Source of the DNA: Mobula birostris
Lineage: Eukaryota
Direction of reading: 5' to 3'
NCBI RefSeq assembly: GCF_030028105.1
Contig: NC_092374.1
Location: forward strand, 193,187,345-193,251,344
Length of the DNA: 64,000 nt
Every line of letters starts with the position of its first letter. The stretch's first letter is position 1. Both the position numbers and the translations under genes were made by a program. A model generated the notes under the pieces. That model had not been told where the DNA came from, searched no databases, and was given only the letters and a program-made list of their open reading frames with translations. Of this stretch, positions 48,991 to 62,693 are shown one piece after another.

Positions 48991-49484
48991 CATGAGTTGA
49001 TATGTTTCATCCTCATTCATTTAACAAAATTATTTCTGGGAAAATACAACATATCATTTACAGTTTGACGCATTGAAACAATATCCCAAACTGGTCACGT
49101 CCCAAGCAGTGCACCCATAGCTCTAAGTGTCATCCTGGGGTATGACAGCAGACGAGGAGCTCGCTGAGCACCTGTGGAGCCAATGTCAGAATAATATCGG
49201 GCCCTATTCTTGTTGTGGTTTGTGATGCGTTTATCAGTTGACCAACAGCAAAGCCAAATTTAAGGTTAAGCTTACTGTCATACGCACAATGACGCATATA
49301 CGCAAGTATATGCATGCAGAGAGTCAATGAAAACATCTGCCTGCTGGCATACAGCATCAGAAAAGCTACACATTCACAAGAAAAGTATGAAAGAAACATA
49401 AATTATACATTAGATTAGCAAGAAAGGACACAATTACCAGAAAAAGAATGAAAGTCCATTTTAGTTCAAGGTTGTTATCACCAG

Positions 49485-51830
49485 GTAATGGCATCATCAG
49501 GTGCCATGCCCAGTTTGCCCAGCTTTGACTGCCATGGCCCACACACTCCTGTTTCGAGTCAAGTGGATCAATTCACTGGTATTCTTTCCAGTTCTCTGGC
49601 TGCTGTCTCCATCATCATTTGTCTTTGTCTTCCTCTTGCTTTCTTCCCTTCAGCCTTTCCCATAATTACCGTACATTCTAACTCCTCTTTCCTAATCACA
49701 TGTCTAATGAAGTTATGTTGTCTTTTCATGATCTCATACATTATTTCTCTTTTTGTGTTTGCTCTGTTCATGACATCCTCGTTAGATATTCGTTTCATCC
49801 ATGATATTCTTTCCATCCTCCTCAAAACCCACATCTCTGCTGCTTCAATTCGTTTCCTCATGTTACTAGGTATTGTCCAACATTCTGAGCCATATGACAT
49901 AACTGGATAAACGTAACATTTCACTAGTCTAAGGCAGGTTGTCATGCCTAGTTTAGTGTTGGTCAGTATACTCTTCATTCTCATAAAGGTGGCTTTTGCA
50001 TCCCTATTCTTCTTTTGATGTCTATGTCACACCTGCCATCTGATGTCACCAACCTTCCTAAGTAGCAAAAGTTCTTTACTTGTTTTATGTCTTCCCCATT
50101 TATTCTCAGCCTGCAGATAGGATTCTCCTTCTTTTTGGATATCACCAAACATTCTGTCTTTTTGCACTTTCTTCAACAACTATATCAATTAAGTTTTGTA
50201 GTTCTTCATCCATACTTGCAATTAACACAATGTCATCTGAATATCTGAAATGATTGATGTTTTCACCGCCAACTTTGATTCCCAAGATGTCTCTTATTTT
50301 TTGCAATATTGTTTCACTGTACACATTAAATAAATCAGAGGAGAAAACACACCCTTGTCTAACACCTCTTTTGATTTTCGTAAACTGACTCACTTCTCCA
50401 TCTATTCTTACAGTGGCAGTTTGTTCCCAGTACAGATTTCTGATTAGGCAGAGGTCTTTCAAATCTAGATCTAGAGTTTTCTGTAATATTTCAAATAACT
50501 TATTGTGCTTCACTTTATCAAATGCTTTTGTGTAGTCAATAAAACAAACAAATCTTTTTCCACTTGAGTAGCTCATCCTGATAGTATCTTTAACATCAAT
50601 ATTGCGTTGCTTGTACTTTTATCTTTCACAAAACCACGTTGTTCATTACCTATTTGAGCTTGTATCTTACTTTTAGCTCTTATCATCAAAATTCTTAGAA
50701 GTATCTTGGTGATATGACTCATTAAATTTATGGTCCTATGTAATTCACATTCTATTGTTCCAGGTTTCTTAGGAAGAGTGATAAATACTGATTTTTTCAT
50801 CTCTTCTGGTATTATTCCAGTCTCATAAATGTCATTGATTAAATCAGTAAGTTTTTCAATTCCATAATCTTCAAGGGTGATAATTTGTTCTATTACTAAT
50901 TCATCAGGACCTGCTGCCTTTCCTTTCTTCATCTTATTTATTGCATTACGAACTTCAGATTCTAAAATACTTGGATCTTCAATGTTTTTATTTAATTTCT
51001 GGTTTCTTGCCTCCATCATCTTCAAACAATTCCTGAATAGTTGCAGGGAGGACAAGATGGCTGCGCGACGCAGTGCGCGCAGCTCTCTGGTGAAATGATA
51101 TTGTATCTGTTAAATAGGGGTGGTGGACAATACCCTGATTTGATGAAGACAGACTTCAGAAGCAGAGGAATGTCTGGAGAAATTTCTGAAATGCCTGGTT
51201 TCGCTGCCATTGCTACTGTGTGATCGAGAATCTCCGGAGGGAAGGCCCCACAATCCCCAGCTTTGCCTGCTGCTGGTGACCGAGGCTGAGGTCGAAGCGT
51301 TCGGATAGAGATGGTGCTGGGTACTCAGTGTCGGAGGGCTAATCAGAGCTCGAAGTTTTCGGACGACTCAGAGTCGGACTGTGGTCGGGCATGGCAGGGG
51401 GAGTTTTCTTCCTTCTCCCGTCTGTGTGAGATGTGGGACTTTCGAGAGACTTTGAACTTTTTTACTGTGCCATGGACTGTTCTTCATCAAGCTATGGTAT
51501 TGTTGCACTGTTGTAACTATATGTTATAATTATCTGGTTTTGTTAGTTTTTCAGTCTTGGTCTGTCCTGTGTTTTTATGATATTACACCGGAGGAATATT
51601 GTATCATGTCTTAATGCATGCATTACTAAATGACAATAAAAGAGGACTGTGTGTCCTCATAATCTAACCTAAATAATCTAAAAAAGAATATATTCAGTCC
51701 ATCTGTTCATAATCTCATTTTTTTCCATGATAATGATACTGTCCTTTGCTCTCAAACATCCACCTGAAGAACAGAGGAGCTTTTTATCAGTGATATCCTT
51801 GATTCGTTAATGTAATCTTTTTGGATCAGT
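49485..51830 (-). mobile_element. RTE-clade (BovB-like) LINE, 5'-truncated and frameshifted
   Basis: ORF pieces 50573-51055 (KAAGPD, HRTINLMSH), 50142-50576 (FIDYTKAFD, GVRQGC, RYSDD) and 49568-49984 (YGSECWT, GKKARGRQR). Confidence 0.9.
51040..51685 (+). mobile_element. Non-autonomous retroposon nested in the RTE element
   Basis: Starts near GACAAGATGGC and ends AATAAA...(AATCT)n-A5. Flanked by TSD GAATA (51035-51039, 51686-51690); removing it rejoins the RTE sequence. Confidence 0.75.
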
Positions 51831-51869
51831 AATAGGGATTCTTTCTATTTGCTCACAATAGTGAAGTCT

Positions 51870-52899
51870 CATGGCACCAGGTTAAACGTGGGCAAGGAAA
51901 CCTCCTGCTGATTACCACGTACTGTCAATAGACAATAGACAATAGGTGCAGGAGTAGGCCATTCGGCCCTTCGAGCCAGTACCGCCATTCACTGTGATCA
52001 TGGCTGATCATCCACTATCAGTATCCAGTTCCTGCCTTCTCCCCATAACCGTCCTCCCTCAGCCAATGAATCAGTACTTCTCCATGTTGAGCAGCACTCG
52101 GAGGAGGCATTGAGGATGGCAGGGACACAGAATATACCCTGCGTGGGATACTTCAATGTCCATCACCAAGAGTGGCTAGGTAGTACCACCGCAGACCGAG
52201 CAGGCCGGGTCCTACCCGACACAGCTACTAGACTGGGACTACAGCAGGTGGTGAGGGAACCAACAAGAGGGAAAAACACACTTGACCTCACTCTCACCAA
52301 CCTGCCTGCTGCAGAAGCATTTGTCCATGTCAGCATTTGTAGAAGTGACCACCGCACAGTAGTTGTGGAGGCTAAATCCTGTCTCCTCATTGAAGCAACC
52401 CTCCACCATGTTGTGCGACACTACCACCATGCTAAATGGGATAGAATTTGAACAGATCTAGCAGCCCAAGACTGGGCACCTATGCGGCATTGTGGGCCAT
52501 CAGCAGCAGCAGAATTGTACTCAACTACAATCTGTAATCTCTAATGTCCCCCATTCTAACATTACCACCAGGTCAGGGGATCAACCCTGGCTCAATGAAG
52601 AGCGCAGGAGAGTATGCCAAGAACAACACCAGGCATACTTCAATATGAGGTGTCACCCTGGGACTGCTTGTATGCCAAACACCATAAGCAGCAAGTAATA
52701 GACAGAGCTGAGTGCTCCCACAACCAATGGATCAGATCTAAGTTCTGTTGTCCTGCCACATCCAGCTGTGAATGGTAGTGGACAATCAAACAACTCACAG
52801 GAGGAGGAGGCTCCACAAAATCCCCATCCTCAATGATAGAGGAGCCCAGCACACCTGTGCAAAAGGTAAGGCATCACCATCACTGAATCCCCTACTATC
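51870..52899 (+). mobile_element. Old CR1/L2-group LINE fragment (endonuclease region); continues at 57770-58190 after the L1 insertion
   Basis: GYFNVHHQEW...QVVREPTRGKNTLDLTLTN...SDHRTV (ORF 52110-52451) is an APE endonuclease motif. Confidence 0.75.
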
Positions 52900-53848
52900 T
52901 TTTTTAAATTTTATTTTTATTTGGATAAGGAATTCACAAATATCATGTACTTTTTTCACACATATAACCTTTTCCATTTTTTTATATGTATAAAACTACA
53001 GTTATTTATACATTCTTAAGTACACATTGAGATGATATAAAAGGAAAATAAACATTTAAATAGATAATTATGTACTGTGGTAAATCTAACCTATTAGGCT
53101 AAGTAATGGAATTAGTTGTTAAGAAAAATGGTAATAATAGTTTCCATATAACCCTTCTGGACCATTTCCACTAGTCCAAAATGTTGTATATAAGCCTATG
53201 TATCAACCATTGTTGGTGTTTATAACCTAATTTGTTCATGCTTGCTCCTGCCCGCAGACATAATTATCCAAACCCTATGTACTTATTTACCTAATTTTTT
53301 CATTTTTTTATCCCTTTCCCAAATCTTTCCCTTTACTTGTGTTAATTCTCTATTTTCCAAAAGAAAACAAAAAAAAACAAACATTTAGACTAGGGGTGCT
53401 TACGTTAGCAATACTACTGTGTTGATGAGAAGAGCAGTATAAATCATTAGGAGAGTCATCTAAAGTCTGCTCGCATTGGGGTTATGTATTCAATCCATTT
53501 ATTCCAGATTTGATAAATTTTTTCTTTTTGAGTTCTCAGGGAGTAAGTCAACTTTTCCATTTAAATATTTCCAAGATAATTTCGTACCAATCTTCTAATG
53601 TAGGTGGTATTGAATTTAGCCATTTTCTAGTGATTGATTTCTTACTTGCCGCTAAGAGGGCCTGCAGCAACTTTATATCTTCCTTCTGTTCAAGAAACAA
53701 TACATGCCCCAAATAGAGCGTCTCAAAGTTCAGAAGTATCTGGGACTTAAGTACCTTAACTAATGTTCTATGAATACCTTCCCAAAATAGACTTAATTTA
53801 GGGCAATCCCAAAATATATGAAAATGATTTGCCTCCTTGGAGCAATAT

Positions 53849-56309
53849 TCATTTTATAGGAAGAATATTCATTTTTATAGTATTTATCCTTGAATTTATA
53901 CTTAAAAAGGGGATAAGATTCCATCTATGCATATCTGCTTTTATCTCTGAGATTAATGGCCCATAATTTACCTGTGACAGTGTTGAAAGATCCTTCGGCA
54001 GGGTTATTCCTAAATATTTTAATGATTTAGCTTCCCACTTAAGATCATATGTATCCTGCAACTTTTTGGATGGTGTATAATTTAGGGACATAACCTGCGT
54101 TTTCTTTACATTTATTTTATAACCTGATATTTTCCCAAAGTCATCCAACAGTGTAAACATTCCTATAAATGATTTTTCTGGTTCACTGAGATAGACCAAA
54201 ACATCATCTGCGAACAACGCCACTTTCTGTTCAACCCCTGCCACCTTGATACCTTTTACGATTTCACTCTGTCTTATTAGTTGGGCAAGCGGTTCAATAT
54301 ATAGCGCAAAAAGGAGAGGAGAAATTGAGCATCCCTGTCTAGTGCCTCTGTCTAAGATGAAGGAGTCAGAGAGGTCCCCATTTATCTTAATTCGGGCTGT
54401 AGGGCTGTCATATAGAGTCTGAATTACTTTAATAAACTTTTCTTGAAAGCCGAATCTTCCTAACACTCTGTATAGGAATGCCCAACTAACCGAATCAAAA
54501 GCTTTCTCAGCGTCCAATCCTACTACCATTGTCTCTGTCTCGTTCTTATTAACCTGTTCTAATATGTGCAGAGTTCTCCTTATGTTGTCCTGTGTTTGTC
54601 TTTGTGGAATAAATCCAGTCTGGTCTAAGTGGATTAGGCCAGGTAAAAGCTTTTCCAATCTGCGCGCTAATATAGATGTAAATAGTTTGTAATCTAAATT
54701 AAGAACACTAATTGGCCGATAATTGCCACATTCTAGTTTATCTTTACCCTCTTTAGGAATAACTGAAATAATCGCTTCTCTCCAGGAAGGTGGAGTTTCT
54801 CCTCTCTGCAAGATCCAATTAAAGGTGTTAAGTAGTAATGGGGCTAACTGTGTCTTCAGGGACTTGTACCACTCTGAGGTAAACCCATCAGAACCCGGGG
54901 ACTTTCCAGCCTTTAACCTAGAGATGGCCACGTTCAGTTCTTTGACAGTTACTGGTTCTAATAAACTTTCATTTTGTAAATCTGTAAGTTTAGGTAGATC
55001 TAAAAAATTCAATACACTGTCTATATAGGGCTCATTGGGGGGCCCGGGGTTGGGAGTACAGCTCTCGATAATATGTTTCAAAACTCTCTTGAATTTTCCC
55101 TATTGTCCTCTCCACAAGCTTTGTCTTTGGATTCTTTATTTTATGAATTGTATTGTCTGCTTGTTGTTTTCGTAATTTATATGCTAATAATCTAGCTGAT
55201 TTACCTCCTACTTCATAATTCTTTTGTCTCAGGTAAAGAAAATTTCTTTGAGTTTCCAACGTATAAATATCGTCAATTTCACTTTGCAATTTCCTAGTTT
55301 CCTGTTTTCGATTTGAATTACTTTTGTTGCTATCTACAACTTGAAGTTGTTTTAATTTTCCTTGAAGGTCTGCTAATTTTTGTGCATTGATTTTTTTCAT
55401 GTGAGTGGTAATGGAAATAATTTTCCCTCTCAGTACAGTTTTCAATGTATCCCATAAGATCACTGGTGATGTTTCTCCCGTGTCATTAAGGTCTAGATAT
55501 TCTTTGATTTCTCCCCTTAATCTCTCCATTACTTTCGGGTTATTGAGTATATGTGAGTTTAGCCTCCATAGTGTTTTCCTCATTTTCCTTTCCAGGATTA
55601 GAGACATAGAGACTGGGCTATGATCCGACAGATCAATTGTTGCAATATTACAGTTTTTTATCCTGAGTCTATCTGTATTAAAGATAAAGAAATAGTCTAA
55701 CCTTGAATAGGCTGAATGAGGGAAAGAGTAATATGTATAATCTTTACTAGTAGGGTGTAATTCCCTCCAGACATCTATAATTCCCAACTCCTCCATCAAT
55801 GAATTCACTTTCCGAGTCAGAGGTTTATTCTGAGTAACTACTCTTGAAGAATCTAATATAGGATTTAATCTAATATTAAAATCCCCTCCACAAATTACTA
55901 CCCCTTGAGAACTGACCATTAGGTCAAAAATGTGTCTATAAAATGACCATTCACAACCTGGAGGAGCATAAACATTCAGCAATGTTATTTCTGTACCTTC
56001 TATTCTTCCTGTGATTTTTACGAACCGTCCTTCTTTGTCTCCAGTCTCTGAAATATGTTCATAATTAAGAGTGCTTGATATTAAAGTAGCTACCCCTCTT
56101 TTGTGACTCAATTTATATGATGAATAAAATACATGCTTAAAGCCCATTCTTTTTAATTTTCCATGTTCAGATTGGCTCATATGTGTTTCCTGGAGGAAAG
56201 CTATTTGTGCCCTCTCTTTTTTCAATTTAGACATAATCTTATTTCTTTTAATTGGATTCAAAACCCCATTAACATTATAGGAAATTATTTTTACCAATTC
56301 AGTTTGCAT
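53849..56309 (-). pseudogene. L1 ORF2p (APE endonuclease and RT), split by a frameshift at about 55037-55042 and truncated after the RT
   Basis: SYNVNG, FLQETH, GGDFN, SRLDYF, SDH (endonuclease); KSPGSDG, DAEKAFD, GTRQGC, FADD (RT). Confidence 0.92.
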
Positions 56310-56761
56310 TTTTCTCTAGTAGAAAAAAATCTCTCCTTTTCTAACCAAACAGTAAGCAATCCCTTCTCAACAGTAAACCAAGACATATAACCACACCCTA
56401 GACATTTTTGAACGTGCAACATTTGAAAATTTTTCCCGACTTCCCACAGTGAGGCCTGAGCACCGACCCGCCTCAGTTCAGAGGGATAACCTCTATCTTC
56501 ACCCTGTGTTAGAGGGCCCTCAGCAGTTTGAATAATCATAGAGAATTTTCTCCTATTTATGTCTCGACCATATTGCTATCATTCAAGTTATTCCGTCTAG
56601 TTTATTTTCAGTTACCAGTTTTCATTTTACCTTTAAGTCCGATTTACTCTTTTCAGTCATTTCTCTTAATTAATCTGTGTTCTCTGTACATTCACGTCTG
56701 AATATTTGCAGCTTTTCCTTGTAGCTTGACACTCTGGTTCGTGTGGAGCGTCCTCGCCGCA

Positions 56762-57649
56762 CTAACTGCCACGACTTCTGCCGAATCCTCTCCAGTAGCG
56801 ACTCCGGTTGGGTGATAACTTTAGTCCCCGGTCCGCCAGGTCCAACGTTGCCTCCTCCACCGTAGCGTAAGTTTTTGTCCCTTCGTTGTAAAAGACTCTC
56901 AGCCGAGCTGGATACAGGGTCTGGAATTTGATGTTGTTTTCCTTCAGGACTCTCCGTGTTTCCATATATTCCTTCTGTCTGGCAAGAATCCCCGGTGCGT
57001 AGTCGTGGTCTAAACTGATTTTACAGTTGTTCCACATGAAACCTTTCTTTTGCCATGCCCTTTTAAGCACCTCTTCCTTCGTTCTGTAACTGAGAAATCT
57101 GACCAGAATCGATCTGGGCTGGGCGCCTGCTGGAGGCTGTGGCGCCAACGCGCGGTGAGCTCTTTCTATCTGTAGGTCTTTTGCGGCCGGTATATCAAGG
57201 TTCTCTCTAAGTAGCTTCTCCACGAAGGGAATCATCAATCCGGGTTTACCTTCAGTTCCTTCGGGAACTCCGTAAATCCTCACATTTTCCCTTCTCGAGC
57301 GACCTTCTTGATCTATTAGTTTCCACTGGAGCTGGTCTTGCAGCTTCAGCATTTCTGCTATCACTTCCTCTGCGTTTTGTAGCTTCTCTTCAATTCCAAC
57401 AATCCTCGCTTTGGCTTCATCTATCCACGAGTTAGTTTTTACTATTTCTCCTTTAATATCTTCCAGCTGTTTGCTGTTATCTTGTCGGAACTCGCGAATC
57501 TCCCCGAGAATCAAGGACAGAGTCACCGATACCCCCTCATTATCTCCGTCCTGGCTTGCCGTGGGGGAGCTAGGCCCGTCGCCTTGCTGCGTCTCTTTAT
57601 GTTTATCAGCCTTCAGAGCAGACTTTTTAATCTTGTTCTTAGACATCAT
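56762..57649 (-). pseudogene. L1 ORF1p (coiled coil, RRM, CTD); apparent frameshift near the C-terminus
   Basis: EGRSRRENVRIYGVPEGTE, IERAHR, PRSILVRF and YPARLRV motifs. Confidence 0.9.
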
Positions 57650-58539
57650 CCTTGCCCCTTTTATTAATATAGTTATGCAATATTAAGTATTTGTCTAAAT
57701 TCGATTATGGGGCAGTTTACCTTCTTTTTTGTCGAGAGACCTTTTCCTTACGCCGCCATTCTCTTGATCGAATCCCCTACTATCAACATCCTGGGAGTTA
57801 CCATTGACGGAAACTGAACTGGTCTAGCCACATAAACACCGTGGCTACCAGAGCAGGTTAAAGGCTAGGAATCCTGTGGTGAGTAACTCACCTTCTGACT
57901 GCCATCTACAAGGCTCAGGTCAGGAGTGTAATGGAATACTCGCCACTCACCTGAATGAGTGCAGTGCCATCAACACTCAAGAAGCTTGACACCATCCAGT
58001 ACAAGGCAGCCCATTTGATTGGTATCCTTTCCACAAGCATCCAATCCCTCCACCATTGTTGAACAGTTGCATCAGTGTGTACTATCTACACGATGCACTG
58101 CAACAACACACCAAAATTCCAAAGGCAGCACCTTCCAGACCCACGACCACTACCACCTAGAAGGACAAGAACAGCAGATACCTGGAAACACCCTAAAAAC
58201 ACGCTAAGTGCCTCTGTTACCATGAGAAAACTGCTTAAGCAAAGATGACCGCCCAAAACAAGAGATAGGCCAGAACAAAAATTCCTTTGCGGCCCCTGTA
58301 AGGTGACCAAACACAAGTTATATGAGCAGCCGCATCTAGGATTTAAAATTGAACAGAAGAATGCTGCAGGCCAGGTCAACCAAACCTCTTTCTCACACTC
58401 ATTCACTCGCCCTCACACACTCCCAAACGGAGCGTACAGTCAGACCAGAGCCTGCTACACCAGCACCAGCTCAACCCGGAAGTTTGAACTGTTGGGTGCA
58501 GGAAGGGGAGTGGGGATTGAGTGGTTACAGAGACAAAAA

Positions 58540-59055
58540 AAAATACATTTGTACACTTGCTTCTTAATGGAAGTATCTGATCAGCCAATCATGTGGCAGC
58601 AACTCAATGAATAAAAGCATGCAGACATGGTCAAGTGATTCAATTGGGCCTAAACATCAGAACAGTGAAGAACTGTGATCTAAGTGTCTTTGACTGAGGA
58701 GTGAGTGTTGGTTCCAGATGGGGTGGATTGAGTATCTCAGGAACTGCTGATCTCCTGGGATTTTCACACACAATAGTCTTTAGAGTTTACCAGGAATGGT
58801 GCAATAAACAGAAAAACATCCAATGAGCAGCAGTTCTGGGGGCAAAGCCTCCTTGTTAATGAGAGAGGTCAGAGGAGACTGGCCAGACAGGTTCAAGCTG
58901 ACAGGAAGGTGACAGCAACTCAAGTAACCAGGCATTACAATGGTGGTGTGCAGAAAAGCTCGTCTGAATGATGGCATGTCAAACCAAGAAGTGGATGAGC
59001 AACAACCACAGAAGACCATGAACACACACACAGAGGCTCCTTCATTTGGCACAGG
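58540..59055 (+). mobile_element. Tc1/mariner DNA transposon remnant (N-terminal HTH region only)
   Basis: Decayed reading LSISGTADLLGFSHTIVFRVYQEW...LVNERGQRRLARQVQADRK; no DDE domain seen. Confidence 0.75.
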
Positions 59056-59779
59056 AGGAATCTAAAGTGGCTTCTGAGTGTCGAATGGTTCGGGAATGTA
59101 CTTCAGTTCACAATGTCTATGCCAGTCCTGAGTACACAAGATCCATAGACCTCTACTCCTTATATCTTACGTTAAATTGCAGGGCAATGAATAGATCTAC
59201 TGTAACTTTTACAACACAATTTAAAAACCTATAGAAGGTACAGCAGAAGAAGCAAAAGAACCATTGACTCAGATGTCGGTGACAGAGATCCGGGTTTGAT
59301 CTTGACATCTGGTACTGTCCGCGCGGAATTCGCACGTCCTCCTTGATTGTGTGTTGCTTTCTGCCGGCTGCTCCTGTTTCCCCCAAGTCCCAGGTCGGCA
59401 GGTTTATTGACTGCGGTAAATTGCCTCTAATGTGTAGGCGGGTGCCAGATCCTGGGGGGAGTTGAAGGGAATGTGGGGAGATGGGTGTAAATTGCATGGT
59501 CTGACTCACGAGGTGAAGAGACCTGGGTCTGTTCTCAGTAAATCTATGTTTACTTCAGTCTGTCAGTTTTCGATGTTGTACTGGTGTCTGATGAACTGGT
59601 ACTGAACTGTGTCATTTAAAACAGTTAAAGATAACCATCAAATACAAGGAAATCTTTGATTTGTTGTTGCCTGACATAAAATTCCAACAAACAAGGAAAA
59701 AAGGCATGGATTCCCAGAGAGCGGAAATTTGATTTTCAGCCAGACAATTGAGCCTTCATTGGGTGTGACTATTTTTAGA

Positions 59780-62690
59780 CATAATAGAGCATAGAGAACT
59801 TACAGCACAATACGGGTCCTTCGGCCCACAAATTTGAGCTGAACATGTCCCTACCTTAGAAATTACTAGGCTTACCTATAGCCCTCTATTTTTCTAAGCT
59901 CCATGTACCTATCCAAAAGTCTCTTAAAAGCCTCTATCATATCCGCCTCCACCACCGTTGCCGGCAGCCCATTCCACGCACTCACCACTTTCTGAGTAAA
60001 ACACTTACCCCTGACATCTCCTCTGTACCTACTCCCCAGCACCTTAAACCTGTGTCTCTTCTGGCAGCCATTTCAGCCCTGGGAAAAAGCCTCTGACTAT
60101 CCACACGATCAATGCTTCTCATCATCTTATAGGCCTCTATCAGGGCAGCTCTCACCCTCTGTCGCTCCAAGGGGAAAAGGCCAAGTTCACTCAACCTGTT
60201 TTCATAAGGCAGGCTCCCCAATCCAGGCAACATCCTTGTAAATCTCCTCTGCACCCTTTCTATGGTTTCCACGTCTTTCCTGTAGTGAGGCGACCAGAAC
60301 TGAGCACAGTACTCCAAGTGGGGTCTGACCAGGGTCCTATATAGCTGCAACATTACCTCTTGGCTCCTAAACTCAATTCCACGGTTAATGAAGGCCAATA
60401 CACCGTACGCTTTCTTAACCACAGAGTCAACCTGCACAGCTGCTTTGAGCATCCTATGGACTCGGACCCCAAGATCCCTCTGATCCTCCACACTGCCAAG
60501 AGTCTTACCACTAATACTATATTCTGTCATCATATTTGAACTACCAAAATGAACCACTTCACCCTTCTGCCACTTCTCAGCTCAGTATTGCATCCTATCA
60601 ATGTCCTGCTGTAAACTCTGACAGCTCTCCACACTATCCGCAACACCTCAAACCTTTGTGTCATCAGCAAACTTACTAACCCATCCCTCCACTTCCTCAT
60701 CCAGGTCATTTATAAAAATCACGAAGAGTAAGGGTCCCAGAACAGATCCCTGAGGCATTCCACTGGTGACTGACCTCCATGCAGAATAATGACCCGTCTA
60801 CAACCACCCTTTGCCTTCTGTGGGCAAGCCAGTTCTGGATCCACAAAGCAAGGTCCCCTTGGATCCTATGCCTCCTTACTTTCTCAATAAGCCTTGCATG
60901 GGTTATCTTATCAAATGCCTTGCTGAGATCCATATACACCACATCTACTGCTCTTCCTTCATCAATATGTTTAGTCACATCATCAAAAAATTCAATCAGG
61001 CTCGTAAGGCATGACCTGCCCTTGACAAAGCCATGCTGAGTATTCCTAATCATATTATACCTCTCCAAATGTTCATAAATCCTGCCTCTCAGGATCCTCT
61101 CCATCAACTTACCAACCACTGAAGTAAGACTCACTGGTCTATAATTTCCTGGGCTATCTCTAATCCCTTTCTTGAATAAAGGAACAACATCTGCAACCAC
61201 CCAATCCTCTGGAACCTCCCCGTCCCCATTGATGATGCAAAGATCATCGCCAGAGGCTCAGTAATCTCCTCCCTCCCCTCCCACAGTAGCCTGGGGTACA
61301 TCTCATCTGGTCCTGGTGACTTATCCAACTTGATGCTTTCCAAAAGCTCCAGCACATCCTGTTTCTTAATATCTACATGCTCAAGCTTTTCAGTCTGCTG
61401 CAAGTCATCACTACAATCACCAAGATCCTTTTCCATAGTGAATACTGAAGTAAAGTATTCATTAAGTACCTCTGTTATTTCCTCTGGTTCCATACATACT
61501 GTCACACTTGATAGATCCTATTCTTTCATGCCTTATCCTCTTGCTCTTCACATACTTGTAGAATGCCTTGGGGTTTTCCTTAATCCTGCCCACCAAGGCC
61601 TTCTCATGGCCCCTTCTGGCTCTCCTAATTTCCTTCTTAAGCTCCTTCCTATTATAATCTTCTAGATCTCTAACATTACCTAGCTCTCTGAACCTTTTGT
61701 AAGCTTTTCTTTTCTTCTTGACTAGATTTATTACAGCCTTTGTACACCACGGTTCCTGTACCCTACCATAACTTCCCTGTCTCATTGGAAAGTAACTCTG
61801 CAGAACTCCACACAAATATCCCCTGAACCTTTGCCACATTTCTTCCGTACTTTTCCCTGAGAACATCTGTTTCCAATTTAAGCTCCTAATTTCCTGCCCA
61901 ATTGCCTCATAATTCCCCTTATTCCAATTAAACGCTTTTGTAACTTGTCTGTTCCTATCTCTCTCCAATGCTATTGTAAAGAAGATGAAATTATCATCAC
62001 TCTCTCCAAAATGCTCTCCCACTGAGAGATCTGACACCTGACCAGATTCATTTCCCAATGTCAAATCAAGTACAGCCTCTCCTCTTGTAGGCTTATCTAC
62101 ATACTATGTCAAGAAACCTTCCTGAACACACCTAACAAACTCCACCCCATCTAAACCCCTTGCTCTAGGGAGATGCCAATCTCCCTATTTTAAATCTCCC
62201 ATCATGACAACTCTGTTATCATTGCACCTTTCCAGGATCTGTTTCCCTATCTGCTCCTCGATATCCCTGTTACTATTGGGCGGCCTATAAAAAACACCGA
62301 GTAAAGTTATTGACCCCTTTCTGTTCCTAACCTCCACCCACAGAGACTCCGTAGACAATCCCTCCATTGTGTCCACCTCTTCTGCACCGTGACACTATCT
62401 CTGATCAGCAGTGCCATGCCCCCACCTCTTTTACCTCCGTCCCTGTCCTTTCTGAAACATCTAAAACCCGGCACCTGAAGTAACCATTCCTGTCCCTGAG
62501 CCATCCAGGTCTCTGTAATGGCCACCACATCATATCTCCAAGTACTGATCCATGCTCTAAGCTCATCCGCTTTGTTCACAGCACTCCTTGCATTAAAATA
62601 GACGCATCTCAATCCTTTGCTCTGAGCGTGACCCTTCTCGCTCACCTGCCTATCCTCCCTCTCGCACTGTTCTATGCTCCCTCTCGCACT
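59780..62690 (-). mobile_element. CR1 LINE ORF2 (endonuclease, RT, C-terminus, 3'UTR), multiply frameshifted
   Basis: YFNARS...AITETW (62307-62645), YRPPNS...MGD, NYRPVSLTSVVGK...YMDLSKAFD (60706-61200), RPHLEYCAQFWSPHY (59982-60557). Confidence 0.93.
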
Positions 62691-62693
62691 TCT

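Larger units (their letters stand above)
52900..57769 (-). mobile_element. L1-clade LINE with intact ends, internal ORF2 deletion and frameshifts (4870 bp)
   Basis: Perfect 15-bp TSD GAATCCCCTACTATC at 52885-52899 and 57770-57784; 5' end GATCAAGAGAATGGCGGCG; AATAAA and A-rich 3' end; ORF1 and ORF2 present. Confidence 0.95.

Noticed and set aside
55030-55050. Programmed ribosomal frameshift between L1 endonuclease and RT
   Set aside because: L1 ORF2 is normally continuous. One extra base in a homopolymer explains the break, and the element has other lesions.
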